From a virus, in IMG/VR virus record IMGVR_UViG_3300022699_000302, positions 96,001 to 160,000 of that record: a stretch of 64,000 nucleotides of DNA, one strand, 5' to 3'. Below are positions 44,958 to 56,400 of this stretch, in pieces (position 1 is the stretch's first letter; every line of letters starts with the position of its first letter). The translations under genes were made by a program, and so were the position numbers. The notes under the pieces are model-generated. The model was not told the DNA's origin, did not search any database, and worked only from the letters and a program-made list of their open reading frames with translations.

Positions 44958-45832
44958 TGGAACCGCCGACCATCGTATTGACTGCCGCTGATTCAGCCAC
45001 TGGGACTTTGACCTTTAGTCTGTCCCAGGACCCTCTGTTCCCCGCAGCAACCACTGAGATCTTTCTTATCGATCCTGTAACAGGATCTGTGGTCACCTCG
45101 TTTCCCGGGGAGACTCCGCCGACTGCGGTGCTGGGACCTGGCATTACAGTGACCGACCCCTATGTGATCTTGGCGGTAACCACGGACGCAGGTCCTCCGG
45201 TGACTACGTCCCCTCCGTCACGACCTGTGGATCTCAATCCGGAAGGTTGGGACGACACCTACAAGACTGTAGTTGTGACCGACTACATCAAAAACGCCAA
45301 AACCTATGAGCTGTGGCGAATCGATACTGGAGTCCCTTCTCTGATTTCGACATCACCGGTCCACTGGCTGGTCGACGATACGGTCTATGCTGACGAGCCT
45401 ACAGCTCAAAAGGTGCAGTACGAGATCCGTCCCATCGTCTTCGGGGATAATGCAGGCCAAGCCCGAGTTGTTCGTAGATTCCGCACCACTGCGCGGCTCT
45501 GTTTTGTGACCGGGTACGCCACAGGGCTCGATGGGAATCCCGATGCCGATCGAGAAATCTGGTTTGGGATCAAAAACTATGGTACCCGTAAGACCCTGAA
45601 GCCTCGTGAAATTCAGCCGTTCTATCAGAGTCGGCAGATCAGCAAGGAAGAGATTCGAGTCCACACCAATATTGACGGCGTGTTCGGGGCATATCTTATA
45701 CAAGAAGCCCTTGTAGAGATCGACATTCCGAATACCCACTTTCATGCAGAATTCGTGGTTCCGACCACGGCCACTGCAGACCTTGAGACGCTGCCCTTGG
45801 TGGCACGTCCGATTATCCCGCACTTGTCGTAA
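44957..45832 (+). CDS. beta-rich virion structural protein
   Basis: 291 aa Thr/Pro-rich; C-terminus resembles that of 45832..47181. Confidence 0.55.
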   Translation: MEPPTIVLTAADSATGTLTFSLSQDPLFPAATTEIFLIDPVTGSVVTSFPGETPPTAVLGPGITVTDPYVILAVTTDAGPPVTTSPPSRPVDLNPEGWDDTYKTVVVTDYIKNAKTYELWRIDTGVPSLISTSPVHWLVDDTVYADEPTAQKVQYEIRPIVFGDNAGQARVVRRFRTTARLCFVTGYATGLDGNPDADREIWFGIKNYGTRKTLKPREIQPFYQSRQISKEEIRVHTNIDGVFGAYLIQEALVEIDIPNTHFHAEFVVPTTATADLETLPLVARPIIPHLS

Positions 45833-47181
45833 TGCCTATTGCTGCTCCGATAATCTCGCTTATCACAGCTACGATCGATGAGATCTCGTGTACTCTCATG
45901 CCTCCTACCGATCCGACTTACGATCATACCGTAGCAGTAGCCACCGACTTGATCGATGGATCTACGGTAACCCTAGATCCTGCTCCCGACCCCTCGTTCA
46001 CTCTAACCGGATTGAACCAAAATCGGTCCTACGTAGTAGTAGCGTACGCTGTCGATACCTCTGGAGATTTCTCGGCGCCGTCCAACGTGGTATTTGGCAT
46101 CACCAATTACGAGGCCCCCGAGCCCGTACTGCCTGATCTCGAGATTACGTCAGTCGCTCAGGCTGGTCTCGGTGATGCCAGCCGAGTCTTGATAGCGTAT
46201 TCGCTGAAACGTCCGGTTAATCCTTTGACCTGCTTCAGAGGAGATCTGGTTCGATTCGAATACAGCTTCAACGGGACCTTTACCGATGCGGCACAGATGA
46301 CTCCGGATTGGGATCATACCCTGATGTCCGGTATTACAGATCTGGATTTCTGCCCGGATTCCCTGATTGCACCCCCTCAGCATTACTTTGTCTGGGACAT
46401 CACCAAAGATGTGCCGGATGATGAGATTCATACTTATGGTGTTCGTCTTCAAGGACGTTTGAAAGGCGTAAACACCCTAATCCGAAGTGACACCGTTGAC
46501 ATCGATAGGACAGCAGTTAAAGGCGTTGTCGGCACCGTCATTTCGGGTCAGACTTTGGACTACTCTATTTTCCTGTGGCAGGCTGGATCGCCGGTTACAG
46601 GTGCGACTCTTACGGTTGATACAATTCTGGATCCCGACCAGACCGACCGTTTAGGCGGCGCAGTGGTCCTCACAGAAGATCCCTCGGTTCCCGGAAAGTA
46701 CGACGGAAGCTTTACGGTTGATTCAGCTTGGCCGACAGGTCTTTGGCAGATCAACTATAACGCTACGTTGGGCGGCCCACCGGCTACCTTCACAATCGTG
46801 GATGTCGAGCACTTCTTCGCGATAACTTCAGCAGCCCAATCGATAGCCTCCTTGACCGACCCGGATCTTTGTCTGGTCTACGGTACTCTTTACTCGATCG
46901 AGCAAGGTACTCTGTCTGAATCGAATGTCAGTGCCGTCTATAAGAGGGAGCCGTCGCGATACGATAATGTAGGGACGATCTCTACCCAGGTTCAAACGGA
47001 TGACAACGGTTTCTTCGTTCTTCCTCTTCGTCGAGGAGTTGATGCAACCCTTCTGATTCCGGACCTGCAGTACGCAGAACTAATCAAGGTCCCGGATCAG
47101 CCGGCTGCTGAGTTCCGTTCTATCCAGGTCAATCAGCCGGCAGTCCTTCAGAGAGGTCCATTCGGTCATACTGTTCCGTAA
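45832..47181 (+). CDS. Fn3/Ig-like virion structural protein
   Basis: FTLTGLNQNRSYVVVAYAVDTSGDFSAPSN is an Fn3-like signature. Confidence 0.65.
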   Translation: MPIAAPIISLITATIDEISCTLMPPTDPTYDHTVAVATDLIDGSTVTLDPAPDPSFTLTGLNQNRSYVVVAYAVDTSGDFSAPSNVVFGITNYEAPEPVLPDLEITSVAQAGLGDASRVLIAYSLKRPVNPLTCFRGDLVRFEYSFNGTFTDAAQMTPDWDHTLMSGITDLDFCPDSLIAPPQHYFVWDITKDVPDDEIHTYGVRLQGRLKGVNTLIRSDTVDIDRTAVKGVVGTVISGQTLDYSIFLWQAGSPVTGATLTVDTILDPDQTDRLGGAVVLTEDPSVPGKYDGSFTVDSAWPTGLWQINYNATLGGPPATFTIVDVEHFFAITSAAQSIASLTDPDLCLVYGTLYSIEQGTLSESNVSAVYKREPSRYDNVGTISTQVQTDDNGFFVLPLRRGVDATLLIPDLQYAELIKVPDQPAAEFRSIQVNQPAVLQRGPFGHTVP

Positions 47182-48149
47182 TGCATAGGATTCGGAAAAC
47201 AGCTGCGCCACCTTCTGGAAAAGTGCCCCCGACTGCATTGACGGGGGCCCTGAAGGATCTATGGGGATGGGCTAATAAGGGCTTATTTCGTAGCGGAGGA
47301 CTCCCCGAAGCTGACCTACCCGGTTTGGGTAAATGGTTGAAGCAGCCCGGCCAAGCAGTCAAGCATTTTGCCAAAGGACAGCGCGGACACCTCAAGCGGT
47401 TGGCTGAGCCTGGAGGCGCACGAAAGGCCCTTCTTGATGTAACTCCTCTGACTGCTGCTGGTTTGGTGGCTCCTGAGCTTCTCGGCATGGGATTCATCAG
47501 GGGTATCAAAGATGCTCCTTCAGAACAAAAAGGTGAGCACATGGGCAGCGCAGCCGGCCGTCTCTTAGGTGGTCAGTTGATGATGCGTTCCGGTCTTCTC
47601 GGCGGATTAGCTGGAGGTGCTGTCGGCGATGTACTCGGCGGAGCAGCGGGACGCAGTATTGATAGAGCCCGTTCAATGTTCAAGGGCAAGCCTAAGCCCA
47701 AACCCAAAGAAGAGATACCTCCTCAGCGGAGATCCTACACCTATCCTCAGCCGTCTTTCCAGCCTCGAGGTTACTCGTTCGATGAAGATTTCTCAGGGTA
47801 CCAGTACGGACCTGGATATGCCAAGCATAGCTCTGAGTTTGGAAGTCCCGGATCTGCAGGTTTACCGGAAGTAGCCGGTACCGCCCCCTCTCTGGCTATG
47901 GGAGGGCCTGGTATGGATGAGGTAAGGAACCAGGGTCGATTCGTAGGAAGAAACGGACCTTATCGCAAAGTCGATGAGTTCACTCGTCTTGATAGCCCTG
48001 AGATGCAGCACATTTTCTACGCTGGTAATGGGCTCGGCAGTGGAGGAGGCCAGCCCTATGCAGACGGGGATGCCTACAAACACACCGGAATCTTGCGTGG
48101 ACTACTGAACCGGCTCAATAAAGAGGAACCTAATTTAGCGGAGAGGTAA
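47181..48149 (+). CDS. Gly-rich protein with K-x-A/S motifs (possible ejection/internal head protein)
   Basis: RKTAA, AKHSS; GLLGGLAGGAVG glycine zipper. Confidence 0.55.
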   Translation: MHRIRKTAAPPSGKVPPTALTGALKDLWGWANKGLFRSGGLPEADLPGLGKWLKQPGQAVKHFAKGQRGHLKRLAEPGGARKALLDVTPLTAAGLVAPELLGMGFIRGIKDAPSEQKGEHMGSAAGRLLGGQLMMRSGLLGGLAGGAVGDVLGGAAGRSIDRARSMFKGKPKPKPKEEIPPQRRSYTYPQPSFQPRGYSFDEDFSGYQYGPGYAKHSSEFGSPGSAGLPEVAGTAPSLAMGGPGMDEVRNQGRFVGRNGPYRKVDEFTRLDSPEMQHIFYAGNGLGSGGGQPYADGDAYKHTGILRGLLNRLNKEEPNLAER

Positions 48150-49159
48150 TGCCATTCGAGTCAGAGGCACAACGCCGGTACATGTATGCTAAGCATCCCG
48201 AGATTGCAAAGCGGTGGGAGAAGCATACGCCTAAGGGGAAGGACCTGCCGGAGAAGAAAGAAGGCGGACTGGCCCGGTTAGACCGGCTGACTTCTGCAGC
48301 AAGAAAAAAGGGTGTTACGCCTCGTCAGCTCGGGGGAAAGACTCCTCAACAGGCAGGCATTAAGGATCCCAAGACAGTAAACCTAGCCAAAAAGGTCAAA
48401 TCGGAGGGACTGAAGCAGAGAGCTTCGGAAACACGCCGGGGAGGCCTTATGGCAATGGAAGAAAAACGCCGTAAGTATCGAGGAAAAGGCAAGGTAGCTA
48501 TGAATGAAGATCAGCGAATCGACGCCATTCTTGGCGATATTGACCCGATCGAAGAGGTTGTGCTCAAGAGTGAAGACGACAAGATCGCCGACATCCTCGA
48601 GAAAGAGGGTGCCGGTCTTCGCCGTTTGACCCGACAGCTTGAGGGTATTTCGAAGCGGCAGGCTCGTGGTGCTCCTACTGAGAAGCTCACTGAAGACGCC
48701 GCCCGTACCTTCCAAAAGGTAAAGCATAAGGGTAAGGGCCGAGTCGGTGTGTCGGGCGAGCGTGGTACTCAGGAAGCCTACAAGAAAATCAAGAAGCTGC
48801 AGAAGACGAGTGCTGATGAAGACGAAACACTTCGGAAGGAAGGTCTTGGCGCTGACATGGCCGGTGAAGGTGGTGCTGCTGGCGGTCCTCCTCCTGCTGC
48901 TATGGGCGCTATGCCTGGGCCTGGTGCTACTGACGTAGCAGCTCCAGTTGAGGAAATGCAAGATCCGATTGAATCGGAGAACGAGCAGCTCAAGAAGATG
49001 ATCGAAAACATGAAGCTCAAGCAGGAGCTCAAAGAGCTGAATTCAGCCGTGACCGGTGTGTCCGGCGAAGCATCTGGCGAGATGGTGGGTATGCCTCCGG
49101 CGCCGGACGAAGTAAAAGAAGACCCCATGCAAGCTATGAGGGAAACGCTGACTGAGTAG
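48149..49159 (+). CDS. low-complexity protein with K-x-A motifs (possible head assembly/internal protein)
   Basis: Basic N-terminus MPFESEAQRRYMYAKHPEIAKRWEK; KVA, KIA, KEGA, KTSA, KEG; C-terminal coiled coil. Confidence 0.55.
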   Translation: MPFESEAQRRYMYAKHPEIAKRWEKHTPKGKDLPEKKEGGLARLDRLTSAARKKGVTPRQLGGKTPQQAGIKDPKTVNLAKKVKSEGLKQRASETRRGGLMAMEEKRRKYRGKGKVAMNEDQRIDAILGDIDPIEEVVLKSEDDKIADILEKEGAGLRRLTRQLEGISKRQARGAPTEKLTEDAARTFQKVKHKGKGRVGVSGERGTQEAYKKIKKLQKTSADEDETLRKEGLGADMAGEGGAAGGPPPAAMGAMPGPGATDVAAPVEEMQDPIESENEQLKKMIENMKLKQELKELNSAVTGVSGEASGEMVGMPPAPDEVKEDPMQAMRETLTE

Positions 49160-49172
49160 TAAGGACACCAAC

Positions 49173-50345
49173 ATGCTGAAACTGGCCGGAACCATTCTCG
49201 ATTTCACCGATGATCCGGACTTCGTGAACGATCGGGAGAAGATGGCGCTGATCGAGGGGAAATTGATCTCTTTCGATAAGCATGCTGATCTACCTAATGA
49301 TGCGTTTGCTCTTTTGGTCCGAGGCAACACCGGTCTGTTCCGCCGGTACCCTGTTTACTCCAAAGTTGCGACGAAACTGTCGGCGCAGTACTTCGATGAG
49401 TGGAGCCAGAACCTCCATCCTTCGTTGGCTGAGGCTGCGGCTGTCGGGATCAAAGAGGCTTGCCGGCATTTCGGCGTAGCTATCCCGGATTCGGTCAGTG
49501 ACCTGGCCGGTACCAAGACCGCTTCGGCGGATCGCGTGGTGGATGCTCGTCGTGTCCCCTCATCGGACCAGGTAGTCTATGAGGACAAGAAGGCGGCTGT
49601 TGAGACTATGCTGCACCGCTATGAGTCTCGTATCAACGACATGAATCTCTCGGAACGTTGCAACCGGGCTACGGTGCTCCACGAGATGGGACAGAAAGTT
49701 GGTATGCAGCTCCCTTCAACTGTAACCGACTATTCGGAGAAAAACGGATCCGGCCCGCTCCTGCGCCTGGCCATTCAGCAACGCGAGAATTTCGCAAAAG
49801 ATGCTGGTCAGAAGTTTGCCACCATCGAGCTTCGTAAGCTCCTGAAAGACGACAATCCCCAGCGAGTGGTTGAGAAGCTCTCAGTCTGGGACGAGAAGTA
49901 CCGAGTCGAAAAGTTGGGGTATTACCAAGGCGGTCGGGTCATCGACCCGTACCGTGCGGTCTACGGGGGCCAGAAAGAAGCGATGGCTCCGATGGGGAAT
50001 CCGGAAGAGGACCTTCGGACCTACGCCCTCCAATCCATTGTCGCTCAATACGACGATGAGCTCTCCCGCGTTCTGTCCCGTAAAGGCATGGAACAGTTCC
50101 GGTCTGATCCGATCCAGTTCTATAAAGACACTTCGCCGGCGATGCGACGCTATCTTGACTCAATGGTGGACGCCCTGACTCGTCGGGCCGGCGATGCCAC
50201 CAAGAAAGACGACAGTCTGGTCAACGTTGAGCGTAAGAACTTTGAGGAGAAGCATCTGAATCGTCCTCGCTCGCACGAGGGACGAGAATATGATAGGGTC
50301 TCGCATTCATATGCAGTTCCTATCAAGTCAAAGGCGACTAAATAA
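49173..50345 (+). CDS. hypothetical phage protein (head region)
   Basis: AAGGA RBS; MLKLAG, KTAS motifs. Confidence 0.6.
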   Translation: MLKLAGTILDFTDDPDFVNDREKMALIEGKLISFDKHADLPNDAFALLVRGNTGLFRRYPVYSKVATKLSAQYFDEWSQNLHPSLAEAAAVGIKEACRHFGVAIPDSVSDLAGTKTASADRVVDARRVPSSDQVVYEDKKAAVETMLHRYESRINDMNLSERCNRATVLHEMGQKVGMQLPSTVTDYSEKNGSGPLLRLAIQQRENFAKDAGQKFATIELRKLLKDDNPQRVVEKLSVWDEKYRVEKLGYYQGGRVIDPYRAVYGGQKEAMAPMGNPEEDLRTYALQSIVAQYDDELSRVLSRKGMEQFRSDPIQFYKDTSPAMRRYLDSMVDALTRRAGDATKKDDSLVNVERKNFEEKHLNRPRSHEGREYDRVSHSYAVPIKSKATK

Positions 50346-50965
50346 TGATCTCGCATAAGGTCCTGAAGGCAGACGCTAACCCTCTGGACCTCGATGCTGC
50401 CCTCAAGAAAGAAGTGCCCGGCTACCCCGGGGAGCCTGGCAGCTCCGAGGTAGTTACATATTTCGTAGCGTCAGCTTTTGGTGAGCTGGAAAAAGAACCT
50501 GATGAGAGGGTACTCGAGAAAGCTCGAGCCCTACAAACTTGTCACATCAGTAAAGCACCCTGGAACGATGCGATCGTCTTCGAGAAGGTAGTTCTCGCTC
50601 TCAGCGGGTTTGAGCCGGATCATCAGATGATCGAGGCTGCTTCGCCCGCTGAAATCGCAGCGGGTGTTTGCGTGATGAACAGACTCAAGCCCAAAAATAA
50701 GTTCGACCGTGAGGTCATCTATTACATCCGTGGTATCATGCATGACTGGGGTATCGTGTGTTATCCCGAGTGTCTGGAGTTTGCCCAGGAAGACTATACC
50801 AACCCCGAATTGAAAGAGTTGTGCGAACGTGTCGGTAAGTCGAATGAGTACAAAAAGGTCCACCAAGAAGGCATGACGTACGAACCAAAAGAGGACGAGC
50901 CGCTTTCAATTCAATTGAACAAGCTGTCCTTGATACAGGATTACGTCAATTCGGTGTTGAAATGA
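50345..50965 (+). CDS. hypothetical protein
   Basis: 206 aa, TAATG coupling. Confidence 0.7.
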   Translation: MISHKVLKADANPLDLDAALKKEVPGYPGEPGSSEVVTYFVASAFGELEKEPDERVLEKARALQTCHISKAPWNDAIVFEKVVLALSGFEPDHQMIEAASPAEIAAGVCVMNRLKPKNKFDREVIYYIRGIMHDWGIVCYPECLEFAQEDYTNPELKELCERVGKSNEYKKVHQEGMTYEPKEDEPLSIQLNKLSLIQDYVNSVLK

Positions 50966-51216
50966 ATAAGCTCTCAAACCCTACAAGTAAGACGTTAGAG
51001 ATGTTACACCATCCAGCGGTACAATTGCCTCTTTACGGGGCCCTCGCTGGAGGAGATATTGCTGCAGGTATCAAGGAACGCAAAGAAGGCGGATCAGGGT
51101 TTTGGCCTTTTGCAGGTGCCGCTGCTCTGGGTATGATGGGGGCTCCTTACGCAATCGAGACAGCCCAGAAAGTTCCTGGACTCGCGTCCAAGCTCAAAGG
51201 GCTACTGAGCAGGTAA
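50962..51216 (+). CDS. small Gly/Ala-rich hydrophobic protein
   Basis: LYGALAGG...FAGAAALGMMGA. Confidence 0.6.
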   Translation: MNKLSNPTSKTLEMLHHPAVQLPLYGALAGGDIAAGIKERKEGGSGFWPFAGAAALGMMGAPYAIETAQKVPGLASKLKGLLSR

Positions 51217-51219
51217 ACC

Positions 51220-53196
51220 ATGGCTGGACAAGGCGGACTACTCACCGACAAGACGACTCTTACCGAGCCAGGTAAGCAGTATCCTCACTCATTCTTTGGG
51301 ATCTCCGATAAGTTCATCCCGACTACCGCGAAGGAGATGTACCGCTGGGCGCAGTACATCTTCATGATCAACCCGATCTTCGCTCAGATCATCAACAAGT
51401 TATCGGGGTACGTCACTACCGACCTTGTCTATGATACCGATAGCGGCAAAGCGACTGAGAAGTGGAAGAACATGCTGGACCAGCAGCTCCACTACAAGCG
51501 CTTCGAGAAGCGGATGCTTCTTGACCTGTTCACCTACGGTAACGCATTCGCCCGGTTTATCTGGCCCCACGAAAAGTACCTGACCTGCAGGAAGTGCAAG
51601 AACGAACAGCTCCTCCGAAACTCGGACTGGAAGTTCAATCGGTTCACCTTCTACGGCAAGTGCAAGAGGTGCGACTACAACGGGCCGATGGACGTCAAAG
51701 AAAAGCAAGTCAAGAACCGTCGTCGAATCAAGCTGATCCGGATCGACCCCCGTTTGATCCAGCCGATCTATGAGCCGGTGACCAAGACTTACGTCTACAC
51801 TTATACCGTCCCCAAACAGGTTGCTGCTGTTCTTCGTTCCTCAACGGCCCGACCGCATCACATCAAGCTTTTTGTAGAGGAGCTGCCCCTGGCCGTTATC
51901 GACGCGGTCAAGAACAACGCGTTAGTCAAGTTCGACAAAGACTCAATCTATCACATGAAGTCGGATTCGATCAGCCAGGACGACGAGTCTCTGGGTTCGA
52001 TCCCGTTCCTTCCGATCTTCAAGATCATCTGGCTCTATCATACGATCTGGCGCGCTCAGGAAGCTGTTTCGCTGGAACGAATCATCCCGTGGACAGCTCT
52101 GAGTCCTCGAGCTTCAGCTACCCAGGACCCGATCGGACAGATCAATCTGGGTGAGTGGCGCGAAAACCTGCAGGAATTCGTCAAGCGCTGGCGCCGTGAC
52201 CCCAACTTCGTTGGGATGATGCCGTACCCCATGGACGTCATCAATCTTCGCGGCGAAGGCAAAGCGCTGGATAACTGGAACGGTCTGACCCACCTCCGTG
52301 ATGTCATGGCCGGCGGCATGGGCGTTCCCCCGAGTTTCTTGTTCGGTGGCTCAGTCTATTCCGGCGCTAACGTTGAACTCCGTGTGCTCGAGAACGACAT
52401 GCGGAACTACGTTTTGATGCTGGAGGACATGCTCCGCAATTTCGTTGTACCCAAACTGACGACGTTCGCTTCTCTGCCGAAGATCGATATTCGCCACGAA
52501 AACTTCAAGATGGCGGACGACATCCAGCAGAAAAGCTTGATCACATCGCTACGTCAGGAAGGTGTTATCTCCGAGGAGACTCTGGTTACCGAGCTCGGAT
52601 TCGACTATGAAGATGAGCAGAACAAGACTCGAGAGGAGATGCGAGAGAAGGCTTCTCAGCAGCTCCAGCAGCTCCGTGAACAGCAGGAACTGCAGATGGA
52701 GTTCCTCAAGAAACAGAACGATGAACAGCTCCGCATGATGCAGGTCCAGATGCAGATGCAGATGCAGGCCCAGCAGGAGCAAATGCAAGCCCAGCAGCAA
52801 GCCCAGGCCGAGCAGATGATGATGCAGCAACAGATGGGCATGGATCCGGCTATGCAGGAGGAACCAGATGCAGTGCCTCCTGGCACCATGGGGGGTCAGG
52901 CCCCGATGGACGTTGCTCCGGTTCAGGCGCCTACCCCGGGAGGTGCTGATGTCATGGCTCAACAGGCTCAGCAGCTTTCTATGACTCCGGAGTTGATCGA
53001 TCAGCAAGCTCGAGCTTTCCTGCAGACCACAACTCCGAAACAGCGAGATATCCTCCTCAGTAACATGGAGAAGACCAATCCGGAGATGGCCCGCAAGATC
53101 CGGCAGCGGATGCAGCAGATCAAGAAAGAAATTGAAAGCTTGAAGAAGCCCAACCCGGACCAGAAACCGTCTACCAGCAAGACACCGTCGCTGTAA
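51220..53196 (+). CDS. portal protein (putative) with Cys4 insertion and Gln/Met-rich tail
   Basis: Size and context; GVPPSFLFGG...YSGANVELRVLEN and LVTELGFDYEDE portal-like segments; CRKC...CKRC insert. Confidence 0.65.
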   Translation: MAGQGGLLTDKTTLTEPGKQYPHSFFGISDKFIPTTAKEMYRWAQYIFMINPIFAQIINKLSGYVTTDLVYDTDSGKATEKWKNMLDQQLHYKRFEKRMLLDLFTYGNAFARFIWPHEKYLTCRKCKNEQLLRNSDWKFNRFTFYGKCKRCDYNGPMDVKEKQVKNRRRIKLIRIDPRLIQPIYEPVTKTYVYTYTVPKQVAAVLRSSTARPHHIKLFVEELPLAVIDAVKNNALVKFDKDSIYHMKSDSISQDDESLGSIPFLPIFKIIWLYHTIWRAQEAVSLERIIPWTALSPRASATQDPIGQINLGEWRENLQEFVKRWRRDPNFVGMMPYPMDVINLRGEGKALDNWNGLTHLRDVMAGGMGVPPSFLFGGSVYSGANVELRVLENDMRNYVLMLEDMLRNFVVPKLTTFASLPKIDIRHENFKMADDIQQKSLITSLRQEGVISEETLVTELGFDYEDEQNKTREEMREKASQQLQQLREQQELQMEFLKKQNDEQLRMMQVQMQMQMQAQQEQMQAQQQAQAEQMMMQQQMGMDPAMQEEPDAVPPGTMGGQAPMDVAPVQAPTPGGADVMAQQAQQLSMTPELIDQQARAFLQTTTPKQRDILLSNMEKTNPEMARKIRQRMQQIKKEIESLKKPNPDQKPSTSKTPSL

Positions 53197-53465
53197 TGGC
53201 TAATCGGCGAAAAGCTACCGACAACGACGTCCAGAAGTTTCTGGATGGCCCCGAGGCATCTACAATGTCTTCGGAAGGCGTCACGTACTTTGAGATTCTC
53301 GATATGAACAACGAGGAGGATCAGCTGCTATACCATGCTATCCTCAACGACACTGACAGGTTCGTGATCCACATGGAAAAGCTGACCTGGGATAAAAATC
53401 AAGGTGTCACCCTCGGAATGAAGATCGCGCTCAAGTACACCGACCGTCATGCCGATCCGGAGTAG
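53196..53465 (+). CDS. hypothetical protein directly upstream of RNAP
   Basis: 89 aa; ends TAG-ATG-TAG-ATG in frame with RNAP. Confidence 0.7.
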   Translation: MANRRKATDNDVQKFLDGPEASTMSSEGVTYFEILDMNNEEDQLLYHAILNDTDRFVIHMEKLTWDKNQGVTLGMKIALKYTDRHADPE

Positions 53466-53471
53466 ATGTAG

Positions 53472-56400
53472 ATGCTTTCGATTGAAGAGCAATTCCAGAG
53501 CCTTCTGGACAACGTCAAAGGCCAGGTATCCGACTTTTTCCCTATTGAGGGTCGGAAGCGCATTTTGAGGGCCAAGAACATTCGTATGGACAAAGCCGAT
53601 CCTGGCCGGATGTTGGCCTGGAACCAGATCCAAAAAGCTAAAGACAACGAGGGGTCTTTCCTCTCTATGGTTCGAGGAGATCTCGAGCTGGTCGACAAGA
53701 ATACCGGCAAGGTTGTTGAGAACAAGAAAAACCAGGTCTTAGCTCACGTCCCCCACATGACGGGCCTCAACTCGTTTGTGGTCAATGGTAAAGACCTGCA
53801 GGTCATCAACCAGCTCCGACGACGCCCCGGTATCTACCCGTCTTACACCTCGGACGACAACGTCCAATCGCGTATTACGTCGACCGGCGCTAATTACGAC
53901 GTCATTCTGAATCGTAAGACCGGTGAGTACCTGATGAAGGTGGGGACCTCGAACCTCAAATTGGTTCCTTTCCTTAAAGATCTCGGCGTACCCGAGAAGA
54001 AGATTATCCGGGCAATCGGCAAGGACGCCTACGATCAGAACATCAATGTCTCGAGTAATCGTGACGAGCTCAAGCGCTTTTGGGACAAGGTTCGTTCAAA
54101 ACCGGCCCCTGAGGATCGGAAGGAGCTCATCAAGGAGGTCAATAACTTCCTTGAGTCGAAGCCTTTGGATGCGGACGTTACCCAAACTACTATCGACACG
54201 CCTCATAAGAATATCTCAGCTAACGCTATTGTTGATGCTACTCGAGCAGTTCGAGAAGTAGCTAACGGCAAGCGTCTCCCCGCTGACATGGAGTCTCTGG
54301 TCTTCAAGTCGATCCACTCTGTAGAAGATTTTGTCGGGGATCGGCTTAAGAAGTCAATTCCCGGGATCAAGGCTCGAATGAAGTTCCAGGTCGACGAAAA
54401 GTCCAAGATTAAGGATATGTTCGGTCCGATGCTTCTATCCAAGCCGATCCTGTCGGAGTTCACGATGTCGGAGTTCACTCGCTACTCCGACCAGAACAAC
54501 CCACTTGATGTCCTTGGTACATCCCAGGGTGTGACAGTCATGGGCGAAGGCGGCATTTCTACGGTCCACCAGGTTCCCGAGGATGTGCGTAATATTCACC
54601 CCACCCATCTAGGGTTCATCGACCCTCTGCATACTGCGGAGGACATCAAGATCGGTCTTTCCAACCACCTCACTGAGGGTGTGTTGAAGCGCGGTAATCA
54701 GATGTATCGTCGCGTCTGGGATGCCAAGAAAAAGAAGATGACGGTTAAGAGTCCGGTTGAGCTTTCTCGATCTGTAGTAGCATTCCCGGATCAATTCAAA
54801 CCCGATGATCCCAAGAGGCCGAAGGCTTTCAAGCCGATCAATAAGACGGTGATGGCCATCAATAAAGGGACATTCGATAAGGTATCGTCCCGAAAAGTCG
54901 ACTACGTATTGCCGACTACTCAGTCTCCTTTCAGTTTCGTAACCAACGCTGTTCCGTTCATGCATTCCAACAGCGGTGCGCGAATGTTGATGGCCGGCCG
55001 CCACCTCGAACAAGCGGTTTCCCTGACGGACCGTGAAGCCCCACTGGTTCAGAGCGAGTATCACGGAGTCCCTTACGACAAGGCTATCGGGAACGCGATG
55101 CTGACCGCTGCGGATAAACCTGGAGTAGTCACAAAGGTCAAACCAGGCGTAATCAGCATTCGTCACGAAGGCGAGAGGAAGTCGACCAAGTACGAGATTC
55201 CCGACCATTATCCGCTGAACTCAGAGACTTACATGACTGAGACCCCACTTGTCAAAGTTGGAGACAAGGTCAAGAAGGGCCAGCGCCTTACCGAATCGAA
55301 TTTCTCGAAAAACGGAGATCTGGCTCTTGGTAAGAACTTGACCACTGCTTTCATACCGTGGAAGGGTCACAACTTTGAAGACGGTATTGTGATCTCTGAA
55401 AATGCGGCTCAGAAGCTGACTTCGGAACACAAACACGAAATGCGGGTCGAAAAAGACCGCAACGTGAAGATCGGTAAGAAGTATCTATTCGCTCAGTTTC
55501 CCGACATGAAAGAGCATTGGGATTCTGATCGAAAAGATGATCTTCCTAAGCCCGGAGACACCATCAAGCCGGGTCAAATCATTATTCCTGCGATCCAGGA
55601 ACAAAAGCTTGGTCCGCAAACCGAATACAGTCGGATCCACAAAGCGCTGCACAAACCCTACAAAGATGCTTCGGTACGGTGGAGAGAGCTGACTGACGGT
55701 AAGGTTGTCCGTGTCGTCAAGAACCCGAATTTCGTCAAGGTATTCGTGAAGACGAAGGAGCCGATGCAGGTCGGCGATAAGCTGTCGTCGCGGGCGGGTT
55801 CGAAAGGGATTGTTACCAAGATCGTCCCCGATAATGAGATGCCTCGTAACGAGGAAGGGGAGGTCGTAGATGTCCTATTCAACCCCTATGGTCTGCCGGG
55901 ACGAATGAACCCGGGTCTGATGTTTGAAGCCTCCATGGGTAAGGTCTCCAAGAAGACCGGTAAACCCACGGTGGTTCAGAACTTCAATAATGTCGACAGC
56001 CAGGTCAAGTGGGTCAAAAGCCAGCTGAAGAAGCACGGTCTCAAAGACACTGAAACAATTGACGACCCCACGCATAACAGGCAACACAAGAACATCCTTT
56101 CCGGACCGGTACACTGGCTCAAGCTCAAGCACCAGGTTCGTAATAAGCTGTCAGCCCGTGGCCACGCCGATGGATACACCATTGATGGACGCCCAGCCAA
56201 GGGTGGGGTCGATGAAGAGGACATCTCTACATCGGCCCAGTCCATCGGCCCTCTCGAGCTCTATTCATTGATGGCCGGGGGTCATACCGAGTTCTTGAAG
56301 GACGCTTCTGGGATCAAGTCGAACCAGAATGTGGATTTCTGGAATGCGTATCAAACCGGTCAGCCCACCCCGGAGCCTGTGGTACCTACAGTCCTGGATC

